A stretch of 64,000 nucleotides of DNA from Mobula birostris (taxonomy: Eukaryota). A model generated the notes under the pieces. It made no database searches, was not told where the DNA came from, and was given only the letters and a program-made list of their open reading frames with translations. The stretch covers positions 24,753,649 to 24,817,648 of the forward strand of contig NC_092398.1 of the NCBI RefSeq assembly GCF_030028105.1, in the 5' to 3' direction. Below are positions 52,043-64,000 of the stretch, piece by piece. Made by a program: the position numbers and the translations under genes. The number at the start of each line of letters is the position of its first letter. The first letter of the stretch is position 1.

Positions 52043-52181
52043 ACGAGGTGCTTTTGATGGGTCTGGGCCTGTACTCACTGGAGTTTTGAAGAATGAAGGG
52101 AGATCCTATGAAATATTAGAAGTCCTAGATAGAGTGGATAAGGAGAGGATGTTTCCTATACCTGGGCCTTAGCACTCAGGT

Positions 52182-53309
52182 CTGCAGCTGGATTTTCAAC
52201 TTCCTCACAGTCAGAACCCAGGCTGTAAAAATAGAGGACAAGCTCTCCTCTACAACCACTCTGAGCACCGGTGCCCCACAAGGCTGTGTACTCAGCACCC
52301 TGCTGTACTAACTCTACACCCATGATTGTGTAGCCAAGTTTCCATCAAACTCAATAGATAAGTTTGCTGATGACACAACAATTGTAGGCCGTAGCTCGGG
52401 TAATGATGGGTTTGAATACAGAGGGGAATTTAAGAACCTGGTGGCATGGTGTGAAGACAGTAACCTATCCCTCAACGTCAGTAAGATGAAAGAATTGGTT
52501 GTTGAATTCGGAAGGAGTAGCAGACCGCCCGACCCAATTTCCATCCATGGTGCGAAAGTGGAACAGGTCAGAAGCTTTAAATTCCTCGGGGTCAATATCA
52601 CAAATAACCTGACTTGGTCCAACCAAGCAGAGTTCACTGCCAAGAAGGCCCACCAGCGCCTGTACTTGCTGAGAAAACTGAAGAAATTTGACCTGTCTCC
52701 TAAAACCCTCACTAATTTTTATATATGCACCGTAGAAAAGCATTCTTCTCGGGTACATCAGAACCCGGTAGGGAAGTTGTCCTGTCCAAGACCGAAAGAA
52801 GCTGCAGAAGATCGTGAACACTCCGCAGCGCATCACACAAACCAATCTTCCATCCTTGGGCTCACTTTACACCGCACGCTGTCGGAGCAGTGCTGCCAGG
52901 GTAACAAAGGACACGACCCACCCAGCCAACATACATTTTTCGTCCCTCTTCCTTCCGGGAGAAGGCTCAGGAGCTTGAAGACTCGTACGCCCAGATTTGC
53001 GAACAGCTTCTTTCCAACTGTGATAAGACTGCTGAACAGATCCTGACCCGGATCTGGGCCGTACCCTCCAAATATCCGGACCTGCTTCTCGGTTTTTTTG
53101 CACAACCTTACTTGCCATTTTTCTATTTTCTATGTACGATTTATAATTTAAACTTTTAATATTTACTCATTTTAACTAGATTTACTATTTTAAATATTGA
53201 ATATTTGTGATCCACGGAGTGTGAAGCGCAGAATCAAATATCGCTGTGATGATTTTACGTTCTAGTATCAATTGTTTGGCGACAATAAAGTATAAAGTAT
53301 AAGTATAAG
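52182..53309 (+). mobile_element. Rex1/Babar-type LINE fragment, unit 3
   Basis: ORF 52441-53046, near-identical to unit 2. Confidence 0.8.
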
Positions 53310-53990
53310 CAGAAGTGTAAGTATAGGAGGGGAGTCCAGGACAAGAGAGCACAGCCTTGTAATAGAAAGATGTCCATTTAAAACAGAGATGAGGAGGAAT
53401 TTCTTTAGCCGGAGGGTGTTGAATTTGCAGAATTTGTTGAGTTTTGTTCATTTGGGCTATGTAATTATTTAAGACGCATGCGCACTCTCCCAGTTATACG
53501 CGTGCACGCGGAAGGAGGAAGAGGAACTGTGGGATGTAAAGGTGACGGCCTTGGGTATTGGCCGTTATCAGTGGTAGCGGAGGACGGTTGCGATCTATCG
53601 ACCTCTGGGATATGGGCCCTGCGCACTTCTGAGTATGTTTGAAGCAGAGGTCGATAGGTTCCTGATTGGAAAGAACATCAAAGGTTACGGGGAGAAGTCA
53701 GGAGACTGGGGTTAAGAGAGACAATGAACCTGTCACGATGGAATCCCAGAGTAGACTTGATGAGCCAAATGGCCCAATTCTGCTCTTAGGGCTTATGGTT
53801 TTATGGTATCTAAGCTGTCTGACTTGATTCTCACAATTGACAGCAGAGAGGATGAGAGAGGTCTTGAGCAGTTGGGACTTGCTTCTGGACAGAAACGGGC
53901 CACGATGGATTATGTGTCAAATTGACATCAGTGAGAATACGGTAGTGTTGACGGGGTCAGGCGACATTTCTCCAACTTGCCCGTTCTTAC

Positions 53991-54260
53991 CTAGAGGTAT
54001 CATGAGCTTCCCACTGACAGCCTCGTGTTCCATCTGACAGACGTACCCGTGGCTGTCTCCATCTAGGGGGCGGACATTCCTAACTGGAAATGTTCCATTG
54101 CTTTGAGGGACAACGTTGGTCGTGTCTGATCCATTGTCAGCGATTTCCCCGTTTCTGACACAGTGCAGTTTAATGTCCCGAGGGAAGAAGTTCTTGGCCG
54201 TGCACACCGGATATATTTAGCCCCGTTTCTTCTGAGTCAAGGCTCTGGTACGGGTAGGAG
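53991..54260 (-). pseudogene. Ig C1-set exon, copy 3, in frame (270 nt) but with a premature stop
   Basis: CTAKNFFPRDIK...YVCQMEH is continuous, with the two cysteines 55 residues apart. TAA at 54217-54219. Confidence 0.85.
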
Positions 54261-57200
54261 CTGTGAAGGAATTGGAGAACAGTGTATGGGTTCAAAGTAG
54301 CTCAGCTCTCTTGTGACTGGACGGTATGGACAGAACTTCACCCTGTGTCTGATCCCGCGAGTATGTGATAGCACAGTGTACAGGGGGCTTCACTCTGTGC
54401 CTGACCCAAGGAGTGGTAGATTCTGAGATCAAGAGTCCATCTTATCATACGACAGAACGACTTAATACTTTTATAACAGCGGGGATAAGCTGTCCTTCAG
54501 CCTGGTGGGATGTCCTTTCATGATTTTGTATCTTCTGCCCGATAGGAGAGGTGAGAAGTGAGAATCTCTAGGGGTGGGTGGGATCTCTCATTATTCTGGC
54601 TGCTGTACTCAGGCAGCGAGATATCTATTGAGGGGAAGCTGCTTTCCGTGATGTGCTGAGATGCGTCCATGGCTCTCCGCTGTCTCTTGTGGTCACGGGC
54701 AGAGCAGTTGCCGCACTGAGCGTCGATGGATCTGGAGAGCGAGCAGGGGGCACGTTCTGACCGGCTGATCCGCTATACTGCCGGGAACTCTGCACCTCTG
54801 GCCCGTACCACTGAACGGACCGAACGTGGGCGACACCTCACACATACACAGACAAGCAAATATTAAACTCCACCCTTCAAAGCCTCCAAGATCTTCTATA
54901 AGACAATAGGATATAGGACCAGAATCCAACCATTCAGTCGATCGAGTCTGCTCTGCTGTTCCACAATGACTGATTTATTATTCCTCTCAACCTCACTCTG
55001 CAGCTTTCTCCCAACTTTGTCTTTGCTAATCAAGAGCCGATCAACCTCCACTTTAAATCTCCCCAATGATTTGGCCTCCACAGCGTTTGTGGCAATGAAT
55101 TCCACACATTCACCACTCACTGGCTAAAGAAATTCCTCCTCACCTCTGTTCTAAAAGGATGCCCCTCTATTCTGAGGCTGTGCCCTCTGGTCCTAATCTC
55201 CCCCGTTATAGGAAACGTCTTCTCCACATCCACTCTATCCAGGAATTTCAATATTTGACAGATTTCAGTGAGATCCCTCCTCATTAATTAAAATCCAGCG
55301 AGCTCGTGCACAGACTATTAAATACTCCTGTGTTGGTGCCTGTGTTGTGACTCAGAACTGAGCACACCCCGACTTTCCCTTTGGCTAGAAGTGTTTAGTT
55401 CCATGCCAGTGACAGGTTAATTGGGTGAGCAAGAAATTGACAGATGGAGAATAATGGTGGGAAAGTATGTGGTTATCCATGTCACAGTGCGGAATGGGAG
55501 AGTACATTTTTGCGAGATGTCCCAGTACAAGGGACTAGTATATGGAACTTGAAAAGTTAGTTTGCAGATACAGTAAGTAATTACAAAATCGCCCTCACTC
55601 CCGGCCCCACATTTACCCCGGAGAACCACGTCCTGACTAGCAGCACCAACTGATACGGGAACTGCACTACCGCAAGTCACAAGATCCGACATCATGTAGT
55701 GAGGACTGTAATAAGCCAGTATCATTATGCTGTCTTACGTAAGGATGCAGCTCACACCGCATCACAACTTGTCAGTGTTCAGGACAGGCCTCTCGGATCT
55801 GTGCTAATATCATTTTGTGAATGTACGTTCAAGCCTATGTCAGTCCCAGCTGCCTAGATACACAAGCCAGGGCAGTACGATCTGGAGAGCAAGTTGCTGC
55901 CCATGTGACAAGCTCCCCCTCTCCTCGCATCTGATGAACCCAAAGGAACGGCAGAGACCGATACAGTTCGGTACCAGCAGTGTCGCAGGAGTTGCCAGTC
56001 AGTGTTGACCTCAATGCCTGAGGGACTCCAGCTCCGGATTTTTCCCTCGGGATTTACTCCCTAAGACTTCCCCGTGAGTGGGTACGGCCGCAAGGCAGCG
56101 AAGGTTTGAGGTCAGAGTTTACCTTTCTCTCAGATGAGCTGCCAACCACAGCTGGTGAGTTCCATGTGCCCAGAGCAATTGGGACTAAGGAATCAGTAAT
56201 CTGCCTTTGCTCTTTCTCCTGTCAGTAGAAACATTTCCGCCGGGCTTCGTAGCTAAACCACACATGAAGGTCAGGAGCTGGACTTGGTTGTCAGAGGCTA
56301 TTTGAGGTGCACACCATCGGGAACATCTAATAGCGAGTGGGAGCTTGTCCACATCACCACACTCGGCTATAACAATCTTAAGTGACTTTATGTGTTTTCC
56401 ATCTTGGTCCCAGAGTCACGATCTTTACTTTAGTTGTATATAGGTGTATGGTTGAATGACAGTAAACTGGAACTAGATCAAATAGAACGATGGCCTCTAT
56501 TGTGAAGGACTTGGCATATGGAAGCACAGATGAATGTTTATAAGGATGTTGGTTAGACTATGCCTGTTGTACTGTGTACAGTTCTGATCTTGGTCCTTAA
56601 TGCAGAATACGTTTTCAGGGTGAGTTCTGGAGATGAAGGGATTGATATATAAGGGAAGGCATGAACAGTTAGGGTCTAAATTTGAGAGAGAGAGAGAGAA
56701 AGACATCAAGGTTGTTCGTACTGTCATCTGTGTAGGTGCAATGAAAGCCATAGAACATATAACACAGCACAGGCCATTTCGCCCACAACCTTTTAACTTC
56801 TTCCACGAGCGGCTGTGCAGGCCAAGTCACTGGGTACATTTAAGGCAGCGATAGATTGGTTCCTGTTTAGCCAGGGCATCAAAGGGTACGGGGCGAAGGC
56901 AGGGAAGTGGAGATGACTGGTAGAATTGCATCAGCCTATGATGGAATAGCAGAGCAGACTTGATGGGCCGAATGGCCTACTTCTGTTCCTATACCTTATG
57001 GTCTTATGGTCACGGGGAGAATATTCGAAGTAAGATTATGTTAATTAGACAGTTTAGATTAACCTTTGTTGGTAATCTACACTTCTGCTGCTGAAAAAAT
57101 TGATTTTGATGGTATTTATACTGATTGAGGCCCTCTGTTGGTCCAGGTTGACCACGGAGTCCTAGCTGTCTGCATGATACGCAAGATGGTACACAACTCA

Positions 57201-57882
57201 GAGCCGTTGCTGACACAACAGGCTCCCCCCTCTCCATGCTGCTGATAAAGCCAAAGGAATGCCAGACACCGATACAGTTTGGCACCAGCAGCATCGCAGT
57301 CGTTGCTAGTCAGTGTTGAACTCAACGTTCGACTGCCTTACCTGGCTCTAGATTTTTCCCTCGGGGTTTACTCCCAAAGCCTTCACCATGGAAGGCAGCG
57401 GAGGTTTGAGATCAGACTTTTCCTTCTCATCCATGGGATGCTGACCACAGCTGATGAGCCCCATCTGCCTGAAGCGGTTGATTTTAAGGGACCAATAACC
57501 CACCTTTGCCCTTTCCACTGTTAGTAGAAATGGTTCTGCTGGGCTTAACAGCTAAGCCACATGTGAAGTTCCAGGATCTACACTTTGATGTCAGAGGCTA
57601 TTTGAGCTGTGCACCATTGGGAGCTCATTCCAACTACCTTCCCAGGCTTTAATAACCTTAAGGAATTTGTATTTATAAGCTGTGCATCTGTTCCCATGAT
57701 AATAAACTTGAACAAGAGAGAATGAACAGCAGAGGGGGCTATAGGGCAATGCTTACTCCAGACATCTGTCAGGAATTGCAGATGAAGTTCAATTCAGATA
57801 AATGCAAGGTGTTATATTTTTATGCATCAAACCAAGACAGGGCATACACAGTGAACAGTCAAGTCCTGGTGAGTGTTGCAGA

Positions 57883-58357
57883 CACTGTTCTCTCTCACTT
57901 GTATGTGTGTGCGACCATGCAGTAACTGAAATGCTCCCGCGCACATAGCCGTTGCTACTGCGCAGCTGAAATTCTCTTTTATATAATGTTAATATAATTT
58001 TGAAATGATGCCAATATAATTTTGGAATCTATGTTAACATAATTGAGAAACATTCTGTAATTAGATATGTTAATGAATAGAGTTTATTAATTTTCTAAAT
58101 AGTAAACATACCACAAACTTTGAAACATTTTAGAGTTTCAATGCATCTATATTGTCAATGTTACAAGTTGCAACACTGTTACAAATTGTAACAATGAACA
58201 CAGAATGGAAGTCGGCAGCTCATTGTTAATAAACTGTCGGCCTGCTGAAAGTTGATGCTGTCATATTCATATTAAAAAAAAAACATTTAAAGTGCCAGGT
58301 AGTTTTCAGAGCAGTGGTTAGTAAACACAGTGGTAAAAATAATTCGAGGGAAGGTCG
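57883..58357. mobile_element. hAT-like MITE, unit 3 copy
   Basis: Same TSD and interior. Confidence 0.72.
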
Positions 58358-61300
58358 GTTGTAGAGCAGAGAGACCAGGGTGTGTTGGTACATAAAACCT
58401 TAAAGTGACGACACGGACAGGGAGGTAAAGAAGGTATTTGTACACGTGCCGACATCGGAAGGGCACTGAATACAGGAGTTGGGATGTCACGTTGTAACTG
58501 TACAAAGACATCAAAGACAAAGTAACAAAGTACGTATCCTGCAGTGGGCTGGGTTGATCAGACCGAAACTAATCGAGTGTCCGGCAAATGTAAGAAGTAA
58601 ACAGACCCGACAAAGGAACTTAAGCCCAATTTATTATCACAAAAATAGAAAGGCACACAAAATACTCCGTACCAAGTCACAAAGAGTCCAGTGCTCACAA
58701 TTCTTAGTGACCAGTTGATTGTTGTTGGGAGAACTGCGAACTCCAACTCGCTCGTGAAACCATCCTGGGTCGGAGGCATCGATCGCGGTTTCCAGTCTAA
58801 AGAATCCACGGAAAATTGCTCCAGTAAACAGGAGATCCACAAACGTAGAGAGAGATACACAGAGACAGACAGATGCCTTGATCTTTTGCCCTCCTGCCAT
58901 TATCCCAGCCTGCTTTCCTTCATTCATTAACGCAGTGTTCAGCATACCCTTAACATAGAACATCGAAAATAGAATAGCACAGCACAGTACAGGCCCTTCG
59001 GCACACAATGTTGTGCCGACCCTCAAACCCTGCCTCCTGTATAAGCCCCCACGTTAGATTCCTCCATATACCCTTACTAATCAGTTGGGCACTGTAATGG
59101 TCAGTCTTTATCCATCAGTCCACCAATGTTTAGGACATAAGGTTCCTTGAAATTACAGACGATTAGTGCATCTTAAATGCCCTGCCTCTTCCCACTTTAA
59201 ATACCCTGCCCTAAATACCCTATAAACCTTTACGTGCCTAAATGCTTCTAAATGCCTAACTGCCCTGCTTTTCATATCATCATCATCATCATCATCATCA
59301 TCAGTCCGATGAGCCCTGAGCCCAGACTCTCGTTTTGTGGCCACTGTCCACGGCTTTCCGGGTAACTGAGCCATTTCCTCCAGCCAAGATAGCGCCGAGC
59401 TTCAGTCTCTATCGAGGTTGTGGCTCAGACTGAAACTGATTTCGTAGGTTCGTATCAATGTTTTTGGTGACAGAGGGAGGTTTCACTGGTCAGGTTAGGA
59501 TTTAGCGACAGGAATTGGGGCAATTAGAGGTCAGGCCAGATCTAGTGCTTTACTCCAGGAGCGAAGGCCACAGATGACGTGAATGAAGGACTTTCATGGA
59601 TGGGTGTCCAGTTGGCGAACACGTTGGACAAAGACTCGCTGGTTATCCTCCACACCCTGGGTCAGTCAGTTCGCTATATAAGCAGTGGGATTCGACGTCG
59701 AGGAGGGCAGGATGGATGAGGGCTGGTGGCCCCTTAGCTACTCCAGTTGGTGTGTCTAGAGTAGGGCTCTAATGCCATCGATGAGGCCGGAGTACGAGGA
59801 CTGGAGGACAGGATCCCATCATCATTGTGCCCTCTGGTCAGGGACTGAAGGTCAATCGCGAGTCTGGAAATTGAGACCCGATGGCCTCCGACAGCCTCAG
59901 GATAGAGGGGCGTCCATTTAAAACAGAGATGTGGAGAAATTTCTTTATCCAGAGTCTGGAGAATTTGTCGAATCTGTCAGCTGTCGAGGCCAGGTCGTTT
60001 GGCAGATTTAAGGAAGAGCTTGATTGGTTCTTTACTGGACACGGCATCAAAGGTTACGGGGAGTGGGGCTGTGGCGTGGGGGGGGTGATCAGCCATGATT
60101 GAGTGGCAGAGCAGATTTGATGGGCCAAATAGCCTAATTCCTCCCCCATGTGTTAGGATGTTATGTTATGTCCAGCTATTTACCTACCTTAAGATTAATC
60201 CAACCCTTCCCTCCCACATAGCCCTCCATTGTTCGATCATCCATTTCCCTGTCCAAGAGTTTCTTAAATATCCCCAAAGTATGTGTGTCCACTACCACCC
60301 CGCTGATGCATTCCGCGCACCCACTACTCTCTGTGTGAAAAACCTACCTCTGACCTCCCCTCTATACTTTCCTCTCATCTCCTTAAAATTATACCCCTTC
60401 ATATTAGCCATTTCTGCCCTGAGGTAAAGCCTCTGGCTGTCCACTCGATCGATGCATATTATCGTCTTGCGCACCTCTATCAGGTCACCTCTATCAGGAC
60501 ATTTGCTGCGGAGAGAAAAGCCCCAGCTTTCTGAACCTGTCTTCATACGACACGCTCTCTAATCCAGGCAGCATTCTGGTAAATCTTCTCTGCACCCTCT
60601 CTAAATGAAGTGGCCTGAACTGAACACAATGCTTCAAGTGTGATATAACTGGAGTTCTGTGGATATGAAACATTATCTGATGGATCTGAAACTTAATCCT
60701 CCGACTGATGACGGCCAATACTCCTTATGCTTTCTTCATCATTCTCTCGCTTTGCTGCCGACTTTGAGACATCTATGGGCTCCGTCTCTGTTCCTCCGCA
60801 CTGCTAAAAGTCCTGACATAAACTCTGCCTTCAAGTTCAACCTTACAAAGTGAGTTATTTCACACTTTTCTGAGTAACACTCTGAGGTGTCAGAGTTCAG
60901 TGAATCAACGATGACAGACGCTTTGGAGAGGGTGCAGAAAACGGGGCAAATACGACTCAAGGGTTGAAACGGCTTCTAGATGGGCACGGGATAGAGGCAC
61001 AGGAGCAGTATGACTTGGTCTGGCAGCATGGGCAACGACCTCATCTCTCTGGCTGTGAAACTGCAGAGGACCCTGCGACCACCGGGGTCTCATCACAAAG
61101 ACAACAGCCGTTTCCAGTTTACTGTTTACCGTTTACCTCTGTTGAGCGCTACACCGACATTGAATTATACTTATAAACTTACCTGTGGCAATATTTTGTG
61201 TCATGCGCTGTGTATCATGTATATTTTGTGTGTTTCCGTGGTCCGGGGGAGCAATGCTTCGTTTGATCGTATATATGTACCGCCAGATGATAACAAATGT

Positions 61301-62832
61301 GAACTTGAGAAGGAGAAAGGATAAGTGACGCGTAGAAGTTAAATATATCATGCACTGCGTGATTGTTGACTGGAAATCGTTGTCATACAGACTCATAGAT
61401 GGTGATTTAAAGGAACATCTGAAAATATATGGACGGACACAAACGCAAGCGGAGGCTGGGGCGACAAGTGTATTTACCTATGACAGGATTGTGTTGTAAA
61501 CGCAGATGAAGGTTAATCCTGAATCGGTGGCCTGCTACACACTGTGCGTGGGGTGAGGTTAAATGCAATCATAAAGTATTTATTGAATGGACTGGATGCT
61601 TGGAAGCTTTAATGAACAGTCGGAACTTTGGCTGGACCTCCATGTCTTTCTGAATGTAGCATGGCACGGAGAGATGTTGGTAAAGAAGGAGTAAGCATCC
61701 TTCTCTAAAAATGTTCGTATTTTTAGTGATGTTCAGTAAGTCATGCAGCACTGCGTGAATAATTGAACGTCGATATCTCCGACTTCCAGTTTATTTTGCC
61801 CCTCTATTTTCCATTACTTTAATTCTCCACTCTGCCCCCACTTACCTCCTCTCTCTTCTCCCTGCGCATTTCCTCCGCATACTGCCCCGTCCTTCTCTCC
61901 TGTGATCCACTCGCTTTTCCGATCTGATTCCTTCTTCTGCTATTTGTCTTCCACTTATCACCACCTAACATTGCTTCACACCCCTTTCGTATTCACTACT
62001 TTAACTGGCACTTTCTAGTCTGTACACATTCCCCTCTGTCCACCTTATTATTCTGATTTCTTTCCTCTTCCTTTCCAGTTTCGATGAAGGGTTCCGGAAA
62101 ACTCGACTGTTTATTCATTTATATAGATTCTGCCTGAGCTAATGACCCCCCACGATTTTGTATGCGCTGCTGAGGATGCTTAGCATCTGCAAAATCTCTT
62201 CGCTGCAGAAATACACACATTTGGACCGTCGTTCATTTGGTCTTCTAAGCATCACTTAGACAGAGTATTGATTAAGCAGAGATTGACCAAGGAGACGCAC
62301 ATGAGGAGTTTAAATTAGCGTTATTGTTGGCACCCCAATCATGTGCCGAACGGTCTATTCCTGTGCTGGACTCATCTGTATTCGTCATTTTCACCCACGT
62401 ATTTATAAAACTGAGTTAAGTGCGAATTGTTTTATTCGATTACTGGGCCAGACAGCCCTGTTTCCCATACTTCTTGAGAGACAAACAGAATGATAGAATG
62501 CGGCATACAACTGCTGATATTTATTCCGCGACATAGAAGCTAGTCGTTTTTAAAGGAGCGGGAATTTGAGGCAGGAAGTTTCATTTTAAGACTATTATTA
62601 TTTTTCTTATTTATCGATACATCAGGGTTGCAGGGGTTTCCACCAGAACCTTCAAGTCTTTGGAATGTGTATGCAACAGAGGCATCTGGAGTAAACTTCC
62701 GCCGTCGCCGATAGATCGTACAAAATTCATAGAGACGGCTGTGGGGACTGAAACCGCGCCTCAGGCGCTGTGAAGCATTTTGCCAACCACTACGCTACGT
62801 TTAATTGGTGTACTTAGTTTCCGATTAGCTTG

Positions 62833-63731
62833 TCACACCAGGCGAGAGAATGGAGATTTCAACACCTCCCGCATCTGCTCCCTGAACTTCTTCTGGGTCA
62901 AGGCGTAAAGAGCCGTGTTTGTGCAGCAGCTCAGAAGCTGCAGCATGTAGCCCAGCTCCCTCATGGTCGAAGGTGGTAACGAGGCATACATCAGATATGA
63001 TAAACGAAAAAAATATGATCGAATCCACACAGTGTGCACAACGAAAACCACCCACAACACGATGAAATTCGCCGACACGACCAACAGTAAAATGAGCGAC
63101 TTCCTCCGGCTTTGCATCTCGGGGTCTTTGGAGCTATCCCCATTGCTGTGATTCCGGAGTCTCCTCCGAGATCTGCTCACCACTACCACGTGTCTGATGG
63201 TCAAAGCATTGAGCAGCAGAATGACCACAAACGGGATCACAGGCGTCAGAAAGAAGCTGCAAGACTCGACTACTGTCCAGGCAACTGAGAACAGAACACC
63301 GTCTCTTCCGTGGCAAAACCAAGGGACGTTATTAAACTGGTAGCGTCCTGAGAGCAAAAAATACCAGAAAATGTTCTTTAAACAGCTCAGGGCGGCCACA
63401 GTCCACAGAACAACAGCGGCAGTTCTCTCGGTGCAGTATTTAGCTTTCAGATTCTGGTAGCGAATAGCCACGAATCGGTCGAAGGTGAACATGACGGTGA
63501 ACCAGACGGAGCAGTCGTTGGCTGTGTAACGTAGGACGGCGTGGATATTACACACGGGGATGTTCATCAGGAATATAAACGCTCCCCAAAAAACAATAGG
63601 AATCTGCCTCAATACCAGGTCAAAGACAACAACGACAAGATCCGCCATTGCCATGGCCATCAAATAACGAGCGACGCCTTTCGAAAGACCGCACTTTCCC
63701 TGGGACAGGACCACAATCGTCAGCACGTTCA
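62833..63731 (-). CDS. GPR139-like GPCR copy 3, exon 2, open frame; exon 1 lies outside the window
   Basis: Intact ORF with the same acceptor, 21 aa differences from copy 2. Retains DCSVW and LLNALTIRH. Confidence 0.92.
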
Positions 63732-64000
63732 CTATTGGGATTGAAAGAAACACAAGCATGTTTGTGGGCAAGGAATACTGTCAGCACAGTCACAGACAGG
63801 AAATATGGAAACATGTTTTTGAACCCAAAATGGAAGACTGCAGTTTTCCAGCATCAGTGATGTCTGCAGGTGCGGAGGATTATAACTCAGTGAAGTCCAC
63901 AAAGAACTGGAAAATTACGTCACAACGCCAAACAACGAACAGCTGAGAAAATGTGCTCTCGGATTTCGGTGAAGATGGATTCGAAATAGGGCTCGAAATT

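Larger units (their letters stand above)
51672..64000. repeat. Tandem unit 3 (partial, runs off the window end)
   Basis: Collinear with 26971-38820; ends inside the GPCR intron. Confidence 0.97.

Overview
Repeat-rich vertebrate genomic DNA, inferred to be from a cartilaginous fish (probably a ray/skate) from the receptor family and repeat families. The window is about 2.5 copies of a ~25-27 kb tandem unit: position 1 recurs at 26971 and 51672. Each unit carries, on the minus strand, a two-exon GPR139/GPR142-family rhodopsin-class GPCR gene and an orphan 269-270 bp immunoglobulin C1-set (MHC alpha3/beta2-like) exon. It also carries a ZMYM1-type hAT transposon with TIRs and an 8-bp TSD, a nested inverted pair of Charlie-type hAT elements forming a ~2 kb palindrome, a small hAT MITE, and many CR1, Rex/Babar and Penelope-like fragments. 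GPCR copy 1 is a clear pseudogene; copies 2 and 3 have intact exon 2 ORFs. Both visible exon 1 copies are 1 nt short for in-frame splicing, and exon 1 of copy 3 lies beyond the window. The three Ig exons carry lesions shared in all three pairwise combinations. Unit-to-unit identity is bimodal (~99% over ~18 kb, ~90-97% elsewhere, estimated by eye), which points to recombination or gene conversion. No rRNA, tRNA or CRISPR features were found. Most other ORFs in the track are fragments or antisense shadows of repeats.
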